Assembly: GCA_902614235.1 (NCBI GenBank)
Contig: CACMKG010000001.1
Span: 134,484-198,483 of the forward strand
DNA: 64,000 nucleotides
Direction of reading: 5' to 3'
DNA from: an uncultured SAR86 cluster bacterium
Lineage (GTDB): Bacteria; Pseudomonadota; Gammaproteobacteria; Magnimaribacterales; AG-339-G14
Program-made: the position numbers and the translations under genes
The notes under the pieces: model-generated
Told to the model about the DNA's origin: nothing
Databases searched by the model: none
What the model saw: only the letters and a program-made list of their open reading frames with translations
Shown: positions 1-11,878 of the stretch, one piece after another
How the letters are laid out: each line of letters begins with the position of its first letter
How positions within the stretch are numbered: position 1 is the stretch's first letter

Positions 1-405
1 CCTAAGAGAACAAAATATAGAAAACAAATGAAAGGAAGGAACACTGGACTTTCAAACAGAGCAAATACTTTAGACTTTGGAACATATGGCTTAAAAGCAA
101 CTTCTAGAGGACAAATAACTTCTCGACAAATTGAAGCAGCGAGAAGAGCCATGACAAGGTATGTGAAAAGAGGAGCTCAGATTTGGATTAGGATTTTTCC
201 TGATAAACCGATTACAAAAAAACCGTTAGAAGTTAGACAAGGAAAAGGTAAGGGAAACGTAGAGTATTATGTGTGCCCAATAAAACCTGGAAAGATTCTT
301 TACGAAATGGAAGGCGTAGATGAAGAAATTGCCATGGAGGCATTCAGATTGGCTGCTTCCAAACTTCCAGTAGAAACTAAATTTATAGCGAGAAAAACAG
401 TTTAA
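1..405 (+). CDS. rplP: 50S ribosomal protein L16 (5' end cut by window edge)
   Basis: The frame is open from nt 1. PKRTKYRKQ precedes the ORF-track Met and matches the L16 N-terminus (E. coli MLQPKRTKFRK), so the real start lies just upstream of the window. Confidence 0.95.
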   Translation, partial: PKRTKYRKQMKGRNTGLSNRANTLDFGTYGLKATSRGQITSRQIEAARRAMTRYVKRGAQIWIRIFPDKPITKKPLEVRQGKGKGNVEYYVCPIKPGKILYEMEGVDEEIAMEAFRLAASKLPVETKFIARKTV

Positions 406-587
406 TGGCTAAGAAAAAGACAAAAACTAAAGTTAGTGAGTTAGAAAAACTAAATCAAGATCTCCTTGATTTGAGACTTAAACACGCTTCTATGGCCTTG
501 AAAGAAACCCACAAAATCTCTGAAACCAAAAAAGATATTGCCAGATTAAAGACAAAAATTAACATGAAGGTTGAAGCAAATGACTGA
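405..587 (+). CDS. rpmC: 50S ribosomal protein L29
   Basis: A 60-aa K/E-rich ORF in the canonical slot between rplP and rpsQ. Its ATG shares 1 nt with the rplP TAA. Confidence 0.85.
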   Translation: MAKKKTKTKVSELEKLNQDLLDLRLKHASMALKETHKISETKKDIARLKTKINMKVEAND

Positions 588-846
588 TAATTTAAAGAGA
601 ACAAAAATAGGCTCGGTTGTAAGCCTTTCTGGAAATAAATCTAGGGTTGCTCTGATTCAAAGGACTGTTAAACATGAGTTATTGGGAAAAATAATGAAAC
701 GTTCAACAAAAATTAGTTTTCATGATGAAGAAAATATTTCGTCAATCGGAGATAAAGTGAAAATTAAAGAAACCAAACCTATTTCTAAAAATAAATCTTG
801 GGAACTAGTCGAAGTTTTAAAGAAATTTGAAGGCGCATCAGAATGA
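580..846 (+). CDS. rpsQ: 30S ribosomal protein S17
   Basis: MTDNLKR...[13 protein letters not shown]...[11 protein letters not shown] parallels E. coli S17 (MTDKIRT...HDENN...SKTKSWTLV). I chose the start at the MTD Met; the ORF track starts 9 nt earlier. Confidence 0.9.
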   Translation: MTDNLKRTKIGSVVSLSGNKSRVALIQRTVKHELLGKIMKRSTKISFHDEENISSIGDKVKIKETKPISKNKSWELVEVLKKFEGASE

Positions 847-1211
847 TTCAAGAACAATCGATACTTACAATAGCTGACAATAGCGGCGCCAGAAGAGTCA
901 TGTGTATCAAAGTTCTCGGCGGTTCAAAAAGACGTTACGCACATGTTGGAGATGTAATTAAAGTAGCAATTAAAGAAGCAATTCCAACTGGGAAAGTTAA
1001 GAAAGGATCAGTGGCAGACGCCGTAGTTGTCAGAACAAGAAAAGATATTAAAAGAGAAGACGGCTCAAGTATAAGGTTCGATGATAATGCTGCTGTTCTC
1101 ATAAATACACAAAAACAACCAATTGGTACAAGAATATTTGGACCAGTTTCTAGAGAACTAAGAAGCAAAGACTTTATGAAAATAATTTCCTTAGCTCCAG
1201 AGGTAATATGA
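843..1211 (+). CDS. rplN: 50S ribosomal protein L14
   Basis: [17 protein letters not shown] is nearly identical to the E. coli L14 N-terminus. It has an ATGA overlap with rpsQ. Confidence 0.97.
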   Translation: MIQEQSILTIADNSGARRVMCIKVLGGSKRRYAHVGDVIKVAIKEAIPTGKVKKGSVADAVVVRTRKDIKREDGSSIRFDDNAAVLINTQKQPIGTRIFGPVSRELRSKDFMKIISLAPEVI

Positions 1212-1522
1212 TGAATAAGTTAAGAACTGGAGATGAGGTGATTGTTATTTCTGGAAAAGATAAGGGAAGAACTGGAACTATTACAAAGTTTTTAGCTAAT
1301 GATAAATGCGAGGTTTCAGGAATTAAAATTGTAAAAAAACATCAAAAGCCAAACCCTCAAGCAAATATTCAAGGAGGAATTATTGAAAAAGAATCTCCTA
1401 TCCATGTTTCTAATATTGCTATTTACAATAAAAAAACAAAAAAAGCAGATAGAGTAAAAATAGAAGTTACTGAAAAATTAAAAAAAAGAATCTATAAATC
1501 AGACGGAAAAGAAATTAAATGA
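1208..1522 (+). CDS. rplX: 50S ribosomal protein L24
   Basis: It carries the KOW motif ([19 protein letters not shown]) and sits in the spc-operon position. Confidence 0.93.
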   Translation: MMNKLRTGDEVIVISGKDKGRTGTITKFLANDKCEVSGIKIVKKHQKPNPQANIQGGIIEKESPIHVSNIAIYNKKTKKADRVKIEVTEKLKKRIYKSDGKEIK

Positions 1523-2064
1523 CCAATTCGATAATAAGTAACGTTTATCAGGAGGCGGTTCCATCTTTAATGACAGAACTAGGGCTGAAATCTCCTATGG
1601 CAGTTCCAAAAATTTCTAAAGTAACTTTAAACATGGGTTTAGGTGCTGAGGCTATTAATGATAGAAAGGTCGTTGAAAACGCTATGGAAGATCTAAAATT
1701 GATTTCTGGCCAGCAGCCAATTAAGACTAATGCGAGAAAATCTGTAGCAAGCTTTAAATTAAGGGAAGGTTTTACCATTGGATGCAAAGTAACCCTCCGA
1801 GGAAAAATGATGTTTGATTTTCTTGATCGTCTTTTGAGTGTTGCTATTCCTAGAGAAAGAGACTTTAGAGGACTAAATCCAAAGTCTTTCGATGGAAGAG
1901 GTAATTACACTATTGGAATAAAAGAACACATTATATTCCCTGAAATTGACTACGATAAAGTCGACAAGATAAGAGGTTTAGACGTTTGTATAACAACAAC
2001 AGCAACAAATAATGAGGAAGGTTTAAAGCTTTTGAGCGCTTTAAAATTTCCCTTTAAAACGTGA
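1519..2064 (+). CDS. rplE: 50S ribosomal protein L5
   Basis: [14 protein letters not shown] and the rest of the protein resemble L5, and the gene sits in the canonical position. Confidence 0.95.
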   Translation: MTNSIISNVYQEAVPSLMTELGLKSPMAVPKISKVTLNMGLGAEAINDRKVVENAMEDLKLISGQQPIKTNARKSVASFKLREGFTIGCKVTLRGKMMFDFLDRLLSVAIPRERDFRGLNPKSFDGRGNYTIGIKEHIIFPEIDYDKVDKIRGLDVCITTTATNNEEGLKLLSALKFPFKT

Positions 2065-2070
2065 GGAAAT

Positions 2071-2376
2071 ATGGCTAAAGAATCTATGATTGCTAGAGAG
2101 CAAAAGAGAATAAAAACAGTTAAAAAGTTTGCTATCAAAAGGGCTGCTTTGAAAGCTATTTTATCTGATACAAAAAAAACTGAGGGTGAAAAACAGGCGG
2201 CTAGATTAAAACTACAAAAGCTCCCTAGAGATGCAAGCCCAGTAAGACTTCAAAGAAGATGTCAGATAACAGGAAGACCTCATGCAGTTTACAGAAAGTT
2301 TGGTTTATCAAGAAACAAATTAAGAGAACTCGCTATGAAAGGAGACGTTCCTGGATTAGTTAAGGCAAGTTGGTAA
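2071..2376 (+). CDS. rpsN: 30S ribosomal protein S14 (long, non-zinc type)
   Basis: A 101-aa protein whose C-terminus, [11 protein letters not shown], resembles E. coli ...IPGLKKASW. Confidence 0.95.
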   Translation: MAKESMIAREQKRIKTVKKFAIKRAALKAILSDTKKTEGEKQAARLKLQKLPRDASPVRLQRRCQITGRPHAVYRKFGLSRNKLRELAMKGDVPGLVKASW

Positions 2377-2385
2377 GGAGATAAT

Positions 2386-2781
2386 ATGAGTTTGCAAGAC
2401 CCCATTTCCGATATGATTTTAAGAATAAAGAATGCTCAAGCTAGAGGGCATTCAAAAGTTTCTTTTGGCTCATCTAAGCTTAAACAAGCTATATGCGAGG
2501 TTTTATCTGATGAAGGCTTCATTAAAAAAGTTGAAGTCATAGAGGCGGATTCGAAGAAGAATATTGAAGTCACACTTAAATATTTTGAGGATAAGCCAGT
2601 TATTAAAGAATTTCAAAGAGAGAGTAAACCAGGCCTCAGAAGATATTTTGGTAGCAAAGATATACCAGAAGTCAAAGGAGGCTTGGGAGTAGCAATTTTA
2701 ACCACCAGTAGAGGAGTAATTACCGATAAACAAGCCAAGTCACAGAATATTGGCGGAGAACTTATCTGTACTATTTTTTAA
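2386..2781 (+). CDS. rpsH: 30S ribosomal protein S8
   Basis: MSLQDPISDMILRIKNAQ matches E. coli SMQDPIADMLTRIRNGQ. Confidence 0.96.
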   Translation: MSLQDPISDMILRIKNAQARGHSKVSFGSSKLKQAICEVLSDEGFIKKVEVIEADSKKNIEVTLKYFEDKPVIKEFQRESKPGLRRYFGSKDIPEVKGGLGVAILTTSRGVITDKQAKSQNIGGELICTIF

Positions 2782-2783
2782 TT

Positions 2784-3317
2784 ATGGCAAGAAATATAAA
2801 CAGACCGATACAAATTTCAGAGGGCGTTAAGGCTGAACTCAATGGTCAGATTCTTTCTTTTTCCGGTCAAAAGGGTTCTATGGAGTTGGTTGTAAACGAC
2901 CAAGTTAATGTAGAAGCGTCTGATGAGAATATTGTATTTAATCCTAAAAATAAAACTAAAGAATCAATTGCATTAGCCAGCACTATGAGAGCTTTGGCTA
3001 TCAATAAAATGATTGGAGTGTCCGAAGGTTTTCAAAAAAAACTAGAAATTAACGGTGTGGGATATAGAGTGAAAGTAAGCGGAGATTCATTAGAACTGTC
3101 TTTAGGGTTCTCTCATCCCGTAATATATAAATTACCTGAAGGAGTTTCGGCCGAAGCTCCATCAAATACAGAATTAGTTTTATCTTCAGCAGATAAACAA
3201 TTACTTGGAGATGCTGCATCAAAAATAAGGTCTTTTAGACCACCCGAACCATACAAGGGAAAAGGAGTTAAATATGCAGATGAAAGAATTATTAGAAAAG
3301 AGTCCAAAAAAGCTTAA
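2784..3317 (+). CDS. rplF: 50S ribosomal protein L6
   Basis: A 177-aa protein with the duplicated L6 fold pattern, ending ...[11 protein letters not shown], in the canonical position. Confidence 0.93.
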   Translation: MARNINRPIQISEGVKAELNGQILSFSGQKGSMELVVNDQVNVEASDENIVFNPKNKTKESIALASTMRALAINKMIGVSEGFQKKLEINGVGYRVKVSGDSLELSLGFSHPVIYKLPEGVSAEAPSNTELVLSSADKQLLGDAASKIRSFRPPEPYKGKGVKYADERIIRKESKKA

Positions 3318-3322
3318 AGAAA

Positions 3323-3673
3323 ATGACAAATAAAGTTGTAGCAAGAAATAGAAGAGCAAAAAAATTAAGATCAAAAAGCATAGATCTTTCTACAAATAGG
3401 CTATCTGTCTTTAGGAGTAGCCAACATATTTATGCGCAAATTTTTTCTCCAGATGGGAGCGAAATTATTGCTCAAGCTTCCACTTTAGATAAAGAATTAA
3501 AGTTAAAGTCTGGATCAAACTCTGACGCTGCAGAAAAGGTAGGAACTTCAATAGCAGAAAAGGGCCTTTCGATTGGAATTAAAAAAGTAGCATTTGATAG
3601 ATCAGGATATAAGTACCATGGAAGAGTCAAAGCTTTGGCTGAAGCTGCAAGGACAGCTGGCTTAGAATTTTAG
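3323..3673 (+). CDS. rplR: 50S ribosomal protein L18
   Basis: [22 protein letters not shown] matches E. coli [21 protein letters not shown]. Confidence 0.95.
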   Translation: MTNKVVARNRRAKKLRSKSIDLSTNRLSVFRSSQHIYAQIFSPDGSEIIAQASTLDKELKLKSGSNSDAAEKVGTSIAEKGLSIGIKKVAFDRSGYKYHGRVKALAEAARTAGLEF

Positions 3674-3681
3674 GAAAAATT

Positions 3682-4164
3682 ATGAAAGAAAATTATGAAC
3701 AACAATCCGGCGAAGCTCTAGAAGAAAAATTAGTTGGAGTGAATCGAGTAGCTAAAGTTGTGAAAGGCGGAAGGATATTTGGATTCACAGCTTTGACTGT
3801 AGTTGGCGATGGGAAGGGAAAAGTTGGTTTCGGTAGAGGGAAAGCTAGAGAAGTTCCAATTGCAATTCAAAAAGCTCTAGAAAGTGCCCGAAGAAATACG
3901 ACTAATATTGAACTTAATGGCTCGACAATCCATTATTCTGTTAAAGCAAGGCATGGATCCGCAATAGTTTATATGCAACCCGCTTCTCCGGGAACTGGAA
4001 TTATTGCTGGTGGAGCTATGCGAGCAGTTCTCGAACTAGCCGGCGTGAAAGATGTTTTAGCAAAATCTTATGGATCTACTAATCCTATCAATGTTGTTAG
4101 AGCTACATTTAAAGGTTTAGCAAGTATAGAGTCTCCTGAAAAGGTTGCTTTGAGAAGGTCATAA
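3682..4164 (+). CDS. rpsE: 30S ribosomal protein S5
   Basis: It contains the S5 signature [37 protein letters not shown]. Confidence 0.96.
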   Translation: MKENYEQQSGEALEEKLVGVNRVAKVVKGGRIFGFTALTVVGDGKGKVGFGRGKAREVPIAIQKALESARRNTTNIELNGSTIHYSVKARHGSAIVYMQPASPGTGIIAGGAMRAVLELAGVKDVLAKSYGSTNPINVVRATFKGLASIESPEKVALRRS

Positions 4165-4166
4165 CT

Positions 4167-4358
4167 ATGAGTGATGAACTAAAAACTATTTCTGTTAAAC
4201 AAATTAGAGGTTTGTCTGGTTCCAGAGAGTTACATCGCAAATCTGTAAAGGGTCTTGGTCTGAAAAAAATAAATCATGTAGTGGATGTTATTGACACTCC
4301 TGCAAATAGAGGAATGATTAATAAAGTAAAACACTTAGTGGAGATAATTGAGAATTAA
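4167..4358 (+). CDS. rpmD: 50S ribosomal protein L30
   Basis: A 63-aa ORF between rpsE and rplO with an L30-like ...KSVKGLGLKKINH segment. Confidence 0.88.
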   Translation: MSDELKTISVKQIRGLSGSRELHRKSVKGLGLKKINHVVDVIDTPANRGMINKVKHLVEIIEN

Positions 4359-4359
4359 A

Positions 4360-4788
4360 ATGAAACTTAATGAGTTAACACCAATATCTAGCAATAAGTC
4401 TCCGAAAAGAGTAGGAAGAGGCGCTGGTTCTGGAACTGGAAAAACTTCTGGAAAAGGTCATAAGGGACAAAAAGCTAGGTCAGGAGGGAAGGTACGTCCA
4501 GGTTTTGAAGGTGGTCAAATGCCTATACAACAAAGACTTCCCAAGTTTGGATTTACTTCAAAAGTGTCTGAATATAAATGTCATATTAAATTAAGAGATT
4601 TAGAAAAAATTAATGAAGAGCTAATAGATATCGATTTGTTGAAATCCAAAAAAATTATTTCAAAAAATATTAAAGATGTAAAAGTGGTTAATGGTGGTGA
4701 ACTTACTAAAGCGATTAAACTTAAGGGGATTAAAACTTCTAAATCTGTTGCAGACCTAATCGTTAAATTAGGAGGGGAAATAAACTAA
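4360..4788 (+). CDS. rplO: 50S ribosomal protein L15
   Basis: MKLNELTP...RVGRGAGSGTGKTSGKGHKGQKARSG matches E. coli L15. I moved the start to the second in-frame Met, just after the rpmD stop. Confidence 0.95.
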   Translation: MKLNELTPISSNKSPKRVGRGAGSGTGKTSGKGHKGQKARSGGKVRPGFEGGQMPIQQRLPKFGFTSKVSEYKCHIKLRDLEKINEELIDIDLLKSKKIISKNIKDVKVVNGGELTKAIKLKGIKTSKSVADLIVKLGGEIN

Positions 4789-6092
4789 TGGCTTCTCCAG
4801 CAATAAAATCTGACGGCTTGAAAGAATTATGGTCAAGATTAAGGTTTGTTTTACTAGCTATAATTATTTACAGAATAGGAACTCATATTCCTGTTCCTGG
4901 AATAGATCCTTTAAAGATTTCATCGTTATTCGATCAAAATCAAGGCACTCTTTTAGGACTCTTCAACATGTTCTCTGGCGGAGCTTTGGAAAGAATGAGT
5001 ATTATGGCGCTTAATGTCATACCTTATATAACTGCGGCAATTGTCATGAATCTTCTTGAGGCAACAACGCCAAGTCTAAAAAAATTATTTAGACAAGAAG
5101 GGGAAGTTGGAAGAAGGAAACGCACCAGTTACGTAAGATTAGGAACTCTCGTTTTGGCAATCTTTCAATCTTCTGGATTTGCAATTGCACTATCATCTCA
5201 AGGCCTAGCTGTGGAGCCTGGATACGGTTTTATTTTCACAGCAATAGTTTCATTTGTCACGGGAACAATGTTTTTAGTTTGGTTAGGTGAGCAAGTGAAT
5301 GAAAGAGGAATTGGCAATGGCATTTCTTTGATAATCTTTGCAAGTATTGTATCCGGTCTTCCTGGAGCTATTGGTCAATCGTTCGAATCAGCGAGACAGG
5401 GTGAGATAAGCCTTATTCTTCTTTTATTAATTGGTCTTTTTGCATTGGTAGCAATTGCTTTTATTGTTTGGGTCGAGAGAGCACAAAGAAGAGTAAGCGT
5501 AAATTATGCAAGAAGAGCGCCAAATCAAATGAGTATGAGTCAAGCTTCTCATCTCCCATTGAAAGTAAATATGGCTGGTGTTATTCCAGCGATATTTGCA
5601 AGTAGTTTGGTGTTGTTTCCTGCTTCATTAAGCACATGGTTTGGACAGGCAGAGGGCTTTAGTTGGCTACAAGAGATATCCTTGGCCTTAAGTCCTGGTC
5701 AGCCGTTATACTCGATTGTTTTTGCAATACTAATAGCTTATTTCTGTTTCTTTTATACTGCAATTCAATTTCCAGCTAAGGACATTGCAGATAATTTAAA
5801 AAAATCTGGCGGTTTTCTTCCCGGTATAAGGCCAGGAGATCATACCGTCGATTACATTGATAATGTTATGTCTAGACTGACAATCTGGGGATCAATTTAT
5901 ATGGTGATAGTTTGTCTAGCGCCTCAGTTTTTAATAGCCTCGGCTAATGTTCCTTTCTACTTAGGCGGAACTTCATTATTAATTGCAGTAGTAGTGGTAA
6001 TGGACTTCATGGCTCAGGTACAATCACACCTTTTATCTAGTCAATATCAATCACTAATGAAAAAAGCTAATTTAAAAGGTTATCAAAGGTAA
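4788..6092 (+). CDS. secY: Preprotein translocase subunit SecY
   Basis: A 434-aa polytopic membrane protein in the rplO-rpmJ slot. The segment [23 protein letters not shown] is typical of SecY. Confidence 0.96.
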   Translation: MASPAIKSDGLKELWSRLRFVLLAIIIYRIGTHIPVPGIDPLKISSLFDQNQGTLLGLFNMFSGGALERMSIMALNVIPYITAAIVMNLLEATTPSLKKLFRQEGEVGRRKRTSYVRLGTLVLAIFQSSGFAIALSSQGLAVEPGYGFIFTAIVSFVTGTMFLVWLGEQVNERGIGNGISLIIFASIVSGLPGAIGQSFESARQGEISLILLLLIGLFALVAIAFIVWVERAQRRVSVNYARRAPNQMSMSQASHLPLKVNMAGVIPAIFASSLVLFPASLSTWFGQAEGFSWLQEISLALSPGQPLYSIVFAILIAYFCFFYTAIQFPAKDIADNLKKSGGFLPGIRPGDHTVDYIDNVMSRLTIWGSIYMVIVCLAPQFLIASANVPFYLGGTSLLIAVVVVMDFMAQVQSHLLSSQYQSLMKKANLKGYQR

Positions 6093-6097
6093 AGATT

Positions 6098-6214
6098 ATG
6101 AAAGTAAGAGCTTCGGTTAAAAAGATTTGTAAAGACTGCAAACACGTTAAAAGACGTGGTGTTTTATATGTTATCTGTCCTACTGATCCAAAACACAAAC
6201 AGAGGCAAGGCTAA
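6098..6214 (+). CDS. rpmJ: 50S ribosomal protein L36 (zinc-ribbon type)
   Basis: This gene is absent from the ORF track because it is under 60 aa. My hand translation, [38 protein letters not shown], is nearly identical to E. coli L36. Its TAA shares 1 nt with the rpsM ATG. Confidence 0.95.
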   Translation: MKVRASVKKICKDCKHVKRRGVLYVICPTDPKHKQRQG

Positions 6215-6570
6215 TGGCTAGGGTAGCAGGAGTAAATATTCCAGATAAAAAACAAGCATGGATTTCCTTGACCCATATTTTTGGAATAGGCAGAACAAGG
6301 GCGTTAAAAATTTGTTCTGAAACCGGCATAGCTCATGATACAAAAATTGGATCTTTAGATGAAGCTGATTTAGAAAAATTAAGAAAAGCCGTTGCTGAGT
6401 TCGAGGTAGAAGGAGATTTAAGAAGAGACATTAGTACTAATATCAAAAGATTAATGGATTTGGGAACTAATAGAGGAATAAGACATAGAAAAAGACTTCC
6501 TGTAAGAGGACAAAGAACAAAAACAAATGCTAGAACAAGGAAAGGTCCTAGAAAACCAATAAGAAGATAA
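6214..6570 (+). CDS. rpsM: 30S ribosomal protein S13
   Basis: [30 protein letters not shown] matches the E. coli S13 N-terminus. Confidence 0.96.
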   Translation: MARVAGVNIPDKKQAWISLTHIFGIGRTRALKICSETGIAHDTKIGSLDEADLEKLRKAVAEFEVEGDLRRDISTNIKRLMDLGTNRGIRHRKRLPVRGQRTKTNARTRKGPRKPIRR

Positions 6571-6571
6571 A

Positions 6572-6955
6572 ATGACAGAACAAAATAAAGGAAAAAAAGC
6601 ACAAAGAACTTTTAGCGATGGAGTTGCCCATATTTTAGCAACTTTTAATAATACAATTATCAATATAACTGATAAACAAGGTAATACCATTGCTTGGTCA
6701 AGCGCTGGGGCTAACGGTTTCAAAGGCTCTAGAAAAAGCACTCCTTTCGCAGCTCAAATTGCAGCTGATAAAGCTGGACAAAAAGCTTTATCTTTAGGTT
6801 TAACTTCTATAGAAGTCGAAGTTTCAGGGCCTGGTTCAGGGAGAGAATCTGCTGTGAGAGCTTTGAATGGTTGCGGATTAAAAGTTACAAAAATTTCAGA
6901 TGTTACGCCTATTCCTCACAATGGCTGCAGGCCTCCAAAAAAACGAAGAGTGTAA
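6572..6955 (+). CDS. rpsK: 30S ribosomal protein S11
   Basis: It contains the S11 signature [22 protein letters not shown]. Confidence 0.96.
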   Translation: MTEQNKGKKAQRTFSDGVAHILATFNNTIINITDKQGNTIAWSSAGANGFKGSRKSTPFAAQIAADKAGQKALSLGLTSIEVEVSGPGSGRESAVRALNGCGLKVTKISDVTPIPHNGCRPPKKRRV

Positions 6956-6956
6956 A

Positions 6957-7577
6957 ATGGCGAAATATACAGGACCAAAAAACAAACTATCAAGAAGAGA
7001 AGGAACTGACCTGCTTTTAAAAAGCGGCTATAGATCTTACGAATCGAAAGCAAGATCTGAAAACCCGCCAGGTGTTCACGGCGCAAGAAGAATAAGGTTG
7101 TCTGATTTTGGTGTTCAATTAAGAGAAAAGCAAAAAGTAAAAAGAATTTACGGCGTGCTTGAAAAACAATTTAGAAATTATTACAAACAAGCGGCTAGGA
7201 AAAAAGGGGAGACAGGCACCAATTTGTTGGTTTCCTTAGAATCTAGATTGGATAATTTAGTTTATAGAATGGGCTTTGCAGCTACTAGAGCAGAAGCTAG
7301 ACAACTAGTAAATCATAAAACAATTTTAGTTAATGGAATTAATGTAAATATTCCTTCTTATCAAGTTTCAGAAGGGGACAACATATCAATTTCTTCAAAA
7401 GGAAAAAATCAAAAAAGAATTAATCAAGCAATTGAGTTATTTGCTAACAGAGAAGCTTGCGATTGGATTTCAGTAGACCACAAAGAATTTTCAGGTACTT
7501 ACGATAGTTTTCCTACCAGAGACCTTTTGAGTACTGAAATAAACGAGAATTATATCGTTGAGCTTTACTCGAGATAA
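6957..7577 (+). CDS. rpsD: 30S ribosomal protein S4
   Basis: [19 protein letters not shown] matches E. coli [18 protein letters not shown]. The ORF-track start at 6900 lies inside rpsK, so I took the internal Met at 6957. Confidence 0.95.
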   Translation: MAKYTGPKNKLSRREGTDLLLKSGYRSYESKARSENPPGVHGARRIRLSDFGVQLREKQKVKRIYGVLEKQFRNYYKQAARKKGETGTNLLVSLESRLDNLVYRMGFAATRAEARQLVNHKTILVNGINVNIPSYQVSEGDNISISSKGKNQKRINQAIELFANREACDWISVDHKEFSGTYDSFPTRDLLSTEINENYIVELYSR

Positions 7578-7605
7578 ATTTTAATTAATTAAAGAGGACA
7601 AATAC

Positions 7606-8598
7606 ATGACAGATAACTTTGATGCAATAAAAGATTTTCTTACACCTAAAGAAATTATCGTTGAAGAAATAGATACTAATCATTCAAAGATTATTCTTGA
7701 ACCTCTTGAAAGAGGCTTCGGACATACTTTGGGAAATGCCCTTAGAAGAATTATCTTATCTTCTACTCCTGGATCGGCAGTAGTTGAAGCAAAAATAGAT
7801 GGCGTTCTTCATGAATATTCTTCTATTGATGGAATTAAAGAGGATGTAATCAATATTCTGCTCAATTTGAAAGGAATGAGCGTGAGAATGTTCGATCAAG
7901 AAGAAGTCGAACTTAGTGTTGAAAAAAGTGGATCTGGAGACTTAGTTGCAGGTGATTTTGAACTTCCCGCTGGAGTAGAAGTTATAAATGCTAAGCATAA
8001 AATCGCCACTCTCGCTGATGATGGAAGAATCAATATGACAGTTAAAGTTAGAAAAGGCAGAGGTTACGATCCAGTAGACATTAAAGAAAACGTCGATGGG
8101 GAAAATAAAGAAATAGGATTATTAAAAATAGATGCTTCTTATTGTCCGATACAGACAGTTTCATATGCTGTTGAAAACACTAGGGTAGAAAATAGAACTG
8201 ATCTGGATAAGCTAACCTTAGATGTAAAAACAAATGGAACAATTGATCCTGAAGAAATATTAAGACTTGCAGCGACTATCCTACAAAGACAACTAATGGC
8301 TTTTGCAGAACTTGGATTTGAAACTGAAGAGGAGGAGGAAGACGAGACCCCACCAGTTGATCCTATAATGTTGAGACCAGTAGATGAACTTGAGCTTACT
8401 GTAAGATCGGCAAATTGCTTGAAGGTAGAGAAGATTTATTACATTGGTGATTTAGTAACTCGAAAAGAATCTGATCTTCTAAAGACGCCAAATCTAGGAA
8501 GAAAGTCCTTAAATGAGATTAAAGATATCTTAGCTGCAAGAGGCCTATCACTGGGTCTAGAGCTTGATAATTGGCCTCCATCAAATATAGAAGGGTAA
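7606..8598 (+). CDS. rpoA: DNA-directed RNA polymerase subunit alpha
   Basis: It has the N-terminal-domain motif [15 protein letters not shown] and the C-terminal-domain motif [18 protein letters not shown]. Confidence 0.97.
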   Translation: MTDNFDAIKDFLTPKEIIVEEIDTNHSKIILEPLERGFGHTLGNALRRIILSSTPGSAVVEAKIDGVLHEYSSIDGIKEDVINILLNLKGMSVRMFDQEEVELSVEKSGSGDLVAGDFELPAGVEVINAKHKIATLADDGRINMTVKVRKGRGYDPVDIKENVDGENKEIGLLKIDASYCPIQTVSYAVENTRVENRTDLDKLTLDVKTNGTIDPEEILRLAATILQRQLMAFAELGFETEEEEEDETPPVDPIMLRPVDELELTVRSANCLKVEKIYYIGDLVTRKESDLLKTPNLGRKSLNEIKDILAARGLSLGLELDNWPPSNIEG

Positions 8599-9002
8599 TG
8601 AGACATTTAAAAACAGGAAGAAAGTTTGGAAGAAATAGCGCAACAAGATCAGCGTTATTTAAAAACTTGTCTATTTCTTTAATAGAGCATGAGGCAATAA
8701 AAACTACTCTACCAAAAGCCAAAGAACTTAGAGGCTTCTTAGAGCCGTTAATAACTCTCTCTAAAGTTGATTCTGTTTCTAACAGAAGAAGAGCCTTTTC
8801 TATCTTAAGAAATAAAAATGCCATAGGAAAATTGTTTTCTGACTTAGGCCCAAGATTTAAAGAAAGACCTGGCGGTTATTTAAGGATCATAAAAATGGGC
8901 TATAGACCCGGAGATTCAGCTCCAATGGCCTTAATTGAAATGGTTTCTAAGAATGAAGATTCTTCTCTTGAAGAGGAAGCAGAATCTGAAAAATCTGCTT
9001 AA
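8598..9002 (+). CDS. rplQ: 50S ribosomal protein L17
   Basis: [24 protein letters not shown] matches E. coli [24 protein letters not shown]. The start shares 1 nt with the rpoA stop; the ORF-track start at 8571 was rejected. Confidence 0.95.
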   Translation: MRHLKTGRKFGRNSATRSALFKNLSISLIEHEAIKTTLPKAKELRGFLEPLITLSKVDSVSNRRRAFSILRNKNAIGKLFSDLGPRFKERPGGYLRIIKMGYRPGDSAPMALIEMVSKNEDSSLEEEAESEKSA

Positions 9003-11809
9003 TAATCTTTTAGAAAAATACCTGTAAAAGATTTTTTTTCCTTTACAATTTTCTCTGGAGGGCCCTCTGCAATTATATTCCCTCCGTTCTTTCCTCCCTC
9101 AGGACCTATGTCGATAATCCAGTCAGAATTTTTAATGACATCTAAGTTGTGTTCAATAATAACTACAGTATTACCCTGAGATTTTAGTTTATGCAAAACA
9201 TTTAATAGAAGAGAAACATCATGAAAATGAAGTCCAGTAGTCGGTTCATCTAAAAGGTATAAAGTTCTTCCTGTAGCAGTTTTAGAGAGTTCTTTTGCAA
9301 GTTTTACACGCTGAGCTTCACCTCCAGATAAAGTAGTAGCAGGTTGACCTAACCTAATGTATCCCAATCCAACATCATTGAGTGTAGTTAATTTCTTTTT
9401 AATAACAGGAACAGCATCAAAAAATGTTAGTGCTTGTTCTACTGTCATATTCAAAACTTCAGAAATACTTTTTCCTTTATATTTCACTGACAAGGTTTCT
9501 TTGTTGTATCTTTTTCCATCACACACATCGCACTTGACGTAAACATCAGGTAAAAAATGCATTTCAACTTTGATGACTCCATCTCCTTCACAAGCTTCGC
9601 ATCTGCCCCCTTTCACGTTAAAGCTAAATCTACCAGGCTTATAACCTTTGGCTCTGGCATCTTGAGTCTCTGAAAAAAGCTCTCTTATAGGAGTAAAAAT
9701 TCCAGTGTAAGTTACTGGATTTGACCTTGGTGTTCGCCCAATTGGACTTTGACTTATGTCTATTACCTTATCTATATTTTCAATACCTGATAGTTTTTTG
9801 AAAGGTTTAACAGTTCTGTCAGAAGAATGAAGTGTATTCATTAATGCTGGATATAAAGTCTGGTTAATAAGAGTCGACTTACCAGAGCCAGATACTCCCG
9901 TAATGCAAACCATTTTTCCTAAGGGTATTTTTAAATCAACATTTTTTAGATTGTTACCAGAACATTGAGAAATACCTATGCTTTTATCTAGTCCATTTGA
10001 GCTAGATTTTTCAACAGATATTTTTTTTGTCCCCGCCAGGTATTGCCCTGTTAGAGACGATTTGTTTGATAATAACTTTTTATAGTTCCCTGAAAAACAA
10101 ACTTTACCACCATGCTCTCCAGCTCCTGGCCCTATATCAATAATATGATCAGCATTTTCAATTGTCTCTTTATCATGTTCAACCACGATTACAGTATTTC
10201 CAAGATCTTTGAGCCTTTTTAGAGTTGATAGTAATTTAGAATTATCTCTTTGATGAAGACCAATAGACGGCTCATCCAAAATGTATGTAACACCAACCAA
10301 TCCGGCCCCGATTTGGCTAGCAAGTCTAATTCTTTGTGCTTCTCCACCGCTTAATGACTCTGCACTTCTGGAGATATTGAGATAATTAAGTCCGACATCT
10401 ATTAAAAATTTGAGACGTTCTTTAATTTCTTTAACAATCTTTTCAGCAATTTTACCTTTTGCTCCTTTCAGATTTAATTTTTCGAAAAATTGATAAGCTT
10501 CTTCAATAGTCATTTCTGAAATTTCAGGCAAAGAAGTTTCATTAATGAAAACATTTCTTGCAGATTCATTTAGTCTTGAGCCATCGCAAGAAGAACAAGG
10601 ACGATGTGTCATAAACTTGGACATATCTTCTCTTATTAAGGGAGAATCAGAATTAGAATATTTTCTATTGATATTATTAACTATGCCCTCAAAAGGACGG
10701 ATTATTTCTATTCTTCTTCCTCTTTTAGAGGTATAACTAAAATCTACATCTTCGGGAGCACTTCCGAAAAGGACTATCTCTTTAATTTTGTTTGGTAGTT
10801 CTTCAAAAGGAGAATCTAAAGAAAAATCAAAATGATTGCTCGCACATCTTAATAAATAGTGACGATACATATGACTTGAATCCCATCCTCTTACGGCACC
10901 TTGATTTAAACTTAACTCCGGTCGTGAAATTACCTTTTTAAGATCTATTTCTGCTTTAAAACCTAATCCATCACAAGATTTACATGCTCCGGCTGGGCTA
11001 TTGAAGGAAAATAATCTTGGCTCAAGTTCGGGAATACTATAACCACAAACTGGACATGCCATTTTAGTAGAAAAGGTTAAAATTTCTGAATTCTCATCTG
11101 CAGATAGAAACTCTACTAAGCCATTTGACTCGGTAAGAGCTGTCTCAATAGATTGAACCATTCTGCTTTGATTATCTTTTTTTACTGAAAGTCTATCTAC
11201 AACAACTTCAATATTATGTTTTTTATTTTTATCTAACTTAGGAAGTTCAGAGATATCATAAATTTGACCATTTATTCTTAATCTGACATAACCTTTAGCT
11301 TTAAGGTCAGAAAATAAATTTAAGTGTTCTCCTTTTTGCTCTTTAAATAAGGGCGATAGAATAAGAACTCTCTTATTTAAGTATTTTTTAAAAGTAATAT
11401 CTGTTATTTGATCTAAGCTCTGACCTTCTAATGAAACATGATGATCAGGACATTTGGGTGTTCCAGTTCTTGCAAAAAGTAATCTAAGATAATCGTAAAT
11501 TTCTGTAACAGTTCCTACTGTAGACCTAGGATTATGAGAGGTAGATTTCTGTTCAATGGATATAGCAGGCGAAAGACCCTCTACTGTATCAACGTCTGGT
11601 TTGTCCATTACAGAAAGAAATTGCCTGGCATAAGCAGATAATGATTCAACATATCTTCTTTGGCCTTCAGCATAGAGAGTGTCAAAAGCCAGAGAAGACT
11701 TCCCAGAACCAGACAAACCTGTGATTACAGTTAATTCGTCCCTTGGTATTGATATGTCGATATTCTTTAAATTATGCTGGCGAGCTCCTTTAACGCTTAT
11801 ATATTTCAT
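8999..11809 (-). CDS. uvrA: Excinuclease ABC subunit A
   Basis: A 936-aa protein with two ABC modules (GLSGSGKSS and GVSGSGKST Walker A motifs, two LSGGE signatures) and CxxC zinc modules. Confidence 0.97.
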   Translation of the reverse strand: MKYISVKGARQHNLKNIDISIPRDELTVITGLSGSGKSSLAFDTLYAEGQRRYVESLSAYARQFLSVMDKPDVDTVEGLSPAISIEQKSTSHNPRSTVGTVTEIYDYLRLLFARTGTPKCPDHHVSLEGQSLDQITDITFKKYLNKRVLILSPLFKEQKGEHLNLFSDLKAKGYVRLRINGQIYDISELPKLDKNKKHNIEVVVDRLSVKKDNQSRMVQSIETALTESNGLVEFLSADENSEILTFSTKMACPVCGYSIPELEPRLFSFNSPAGACKSCDGLGFKAEIDLKKVISRPELSLNQGAVRGWDSSHMYRHYLLRCASNHFDFSLDSPFEELPNKIKEIVLFGSAPEDVDFSYTSKRGRRIEIIRPFEGIVNNINRKYSNSDSPLIREDMSKFMTHRPCSSCDGSRLNESARNVFINETSLPEISEMTIEEAYQFFEKLNLKGAKGKIAEKIVKEIKERLKFLIDVGLNYLNISRSAESLSGGEAQRIRLASQIGAGLVGVTYILDEPSIGLHQRDNSKLLSTLKRLKDLGNTVIVVEHDKETIENADHIIDIGPGAGEHGGKVCFSGNYKKLLSNKSSLTGQYLAGTKKISVEKSSSNGLDKSIGISQCSGNNLKNVDLKIPLGKMVCITGVSGSGKSTLINQTLYPALMNTLHSSDRTVKPFKKLSGIENIDKVIDISQSPIGRTPRSNPVTYTGIFTPIRELFSETQDARAKGYKPGRFSFNVKGGRCEACEGDGVIKVEMHFLPDVYVKCDVCDGKRYNKETLSVKYKGKSISEVLNMTVEQALTFFDAVPVIKKKLTTLNDVGLGYIRLGQPATTLSGGEAQRVKLAKELSKTATGRTLYLLDEPTTGLHFHDVSLLLNVLHKLKSQGNTVVIIEHNLDVIKNSDWIIDIGPEGGKNGGNIIAEGPPEKIVKEKKSFTGIFLKDY

Positions 11810-11878
11810 TTACGAATTGTTATGATTTAGACTAATATCAAATATAATAAACAATAACATCTTTTAAGAGAAAACATT

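Noticed and set aside
6900-6956. In-frame upstream extensions offered by the ORF track: rpsD 6900, rplQ 8571, rplO 4348, rpsB 25206, lpxA 35662, rimI 45517, GNAT 47068 and greA 63142
   Set aside because: Each extension overlaps the preceding gene. Each is also absent from the N-termini of well-known orthologues, whose alignment begins at the internal Met that I used.
8321-8345. GAG/GAA-rich run (gaggaggaggaagacgag) that looks like a microsatellite
   Set aside because: It encodes the acidic interdomain linker of RpoA (EEEEEDE) in frame, so it is ordinary coding low complexity.
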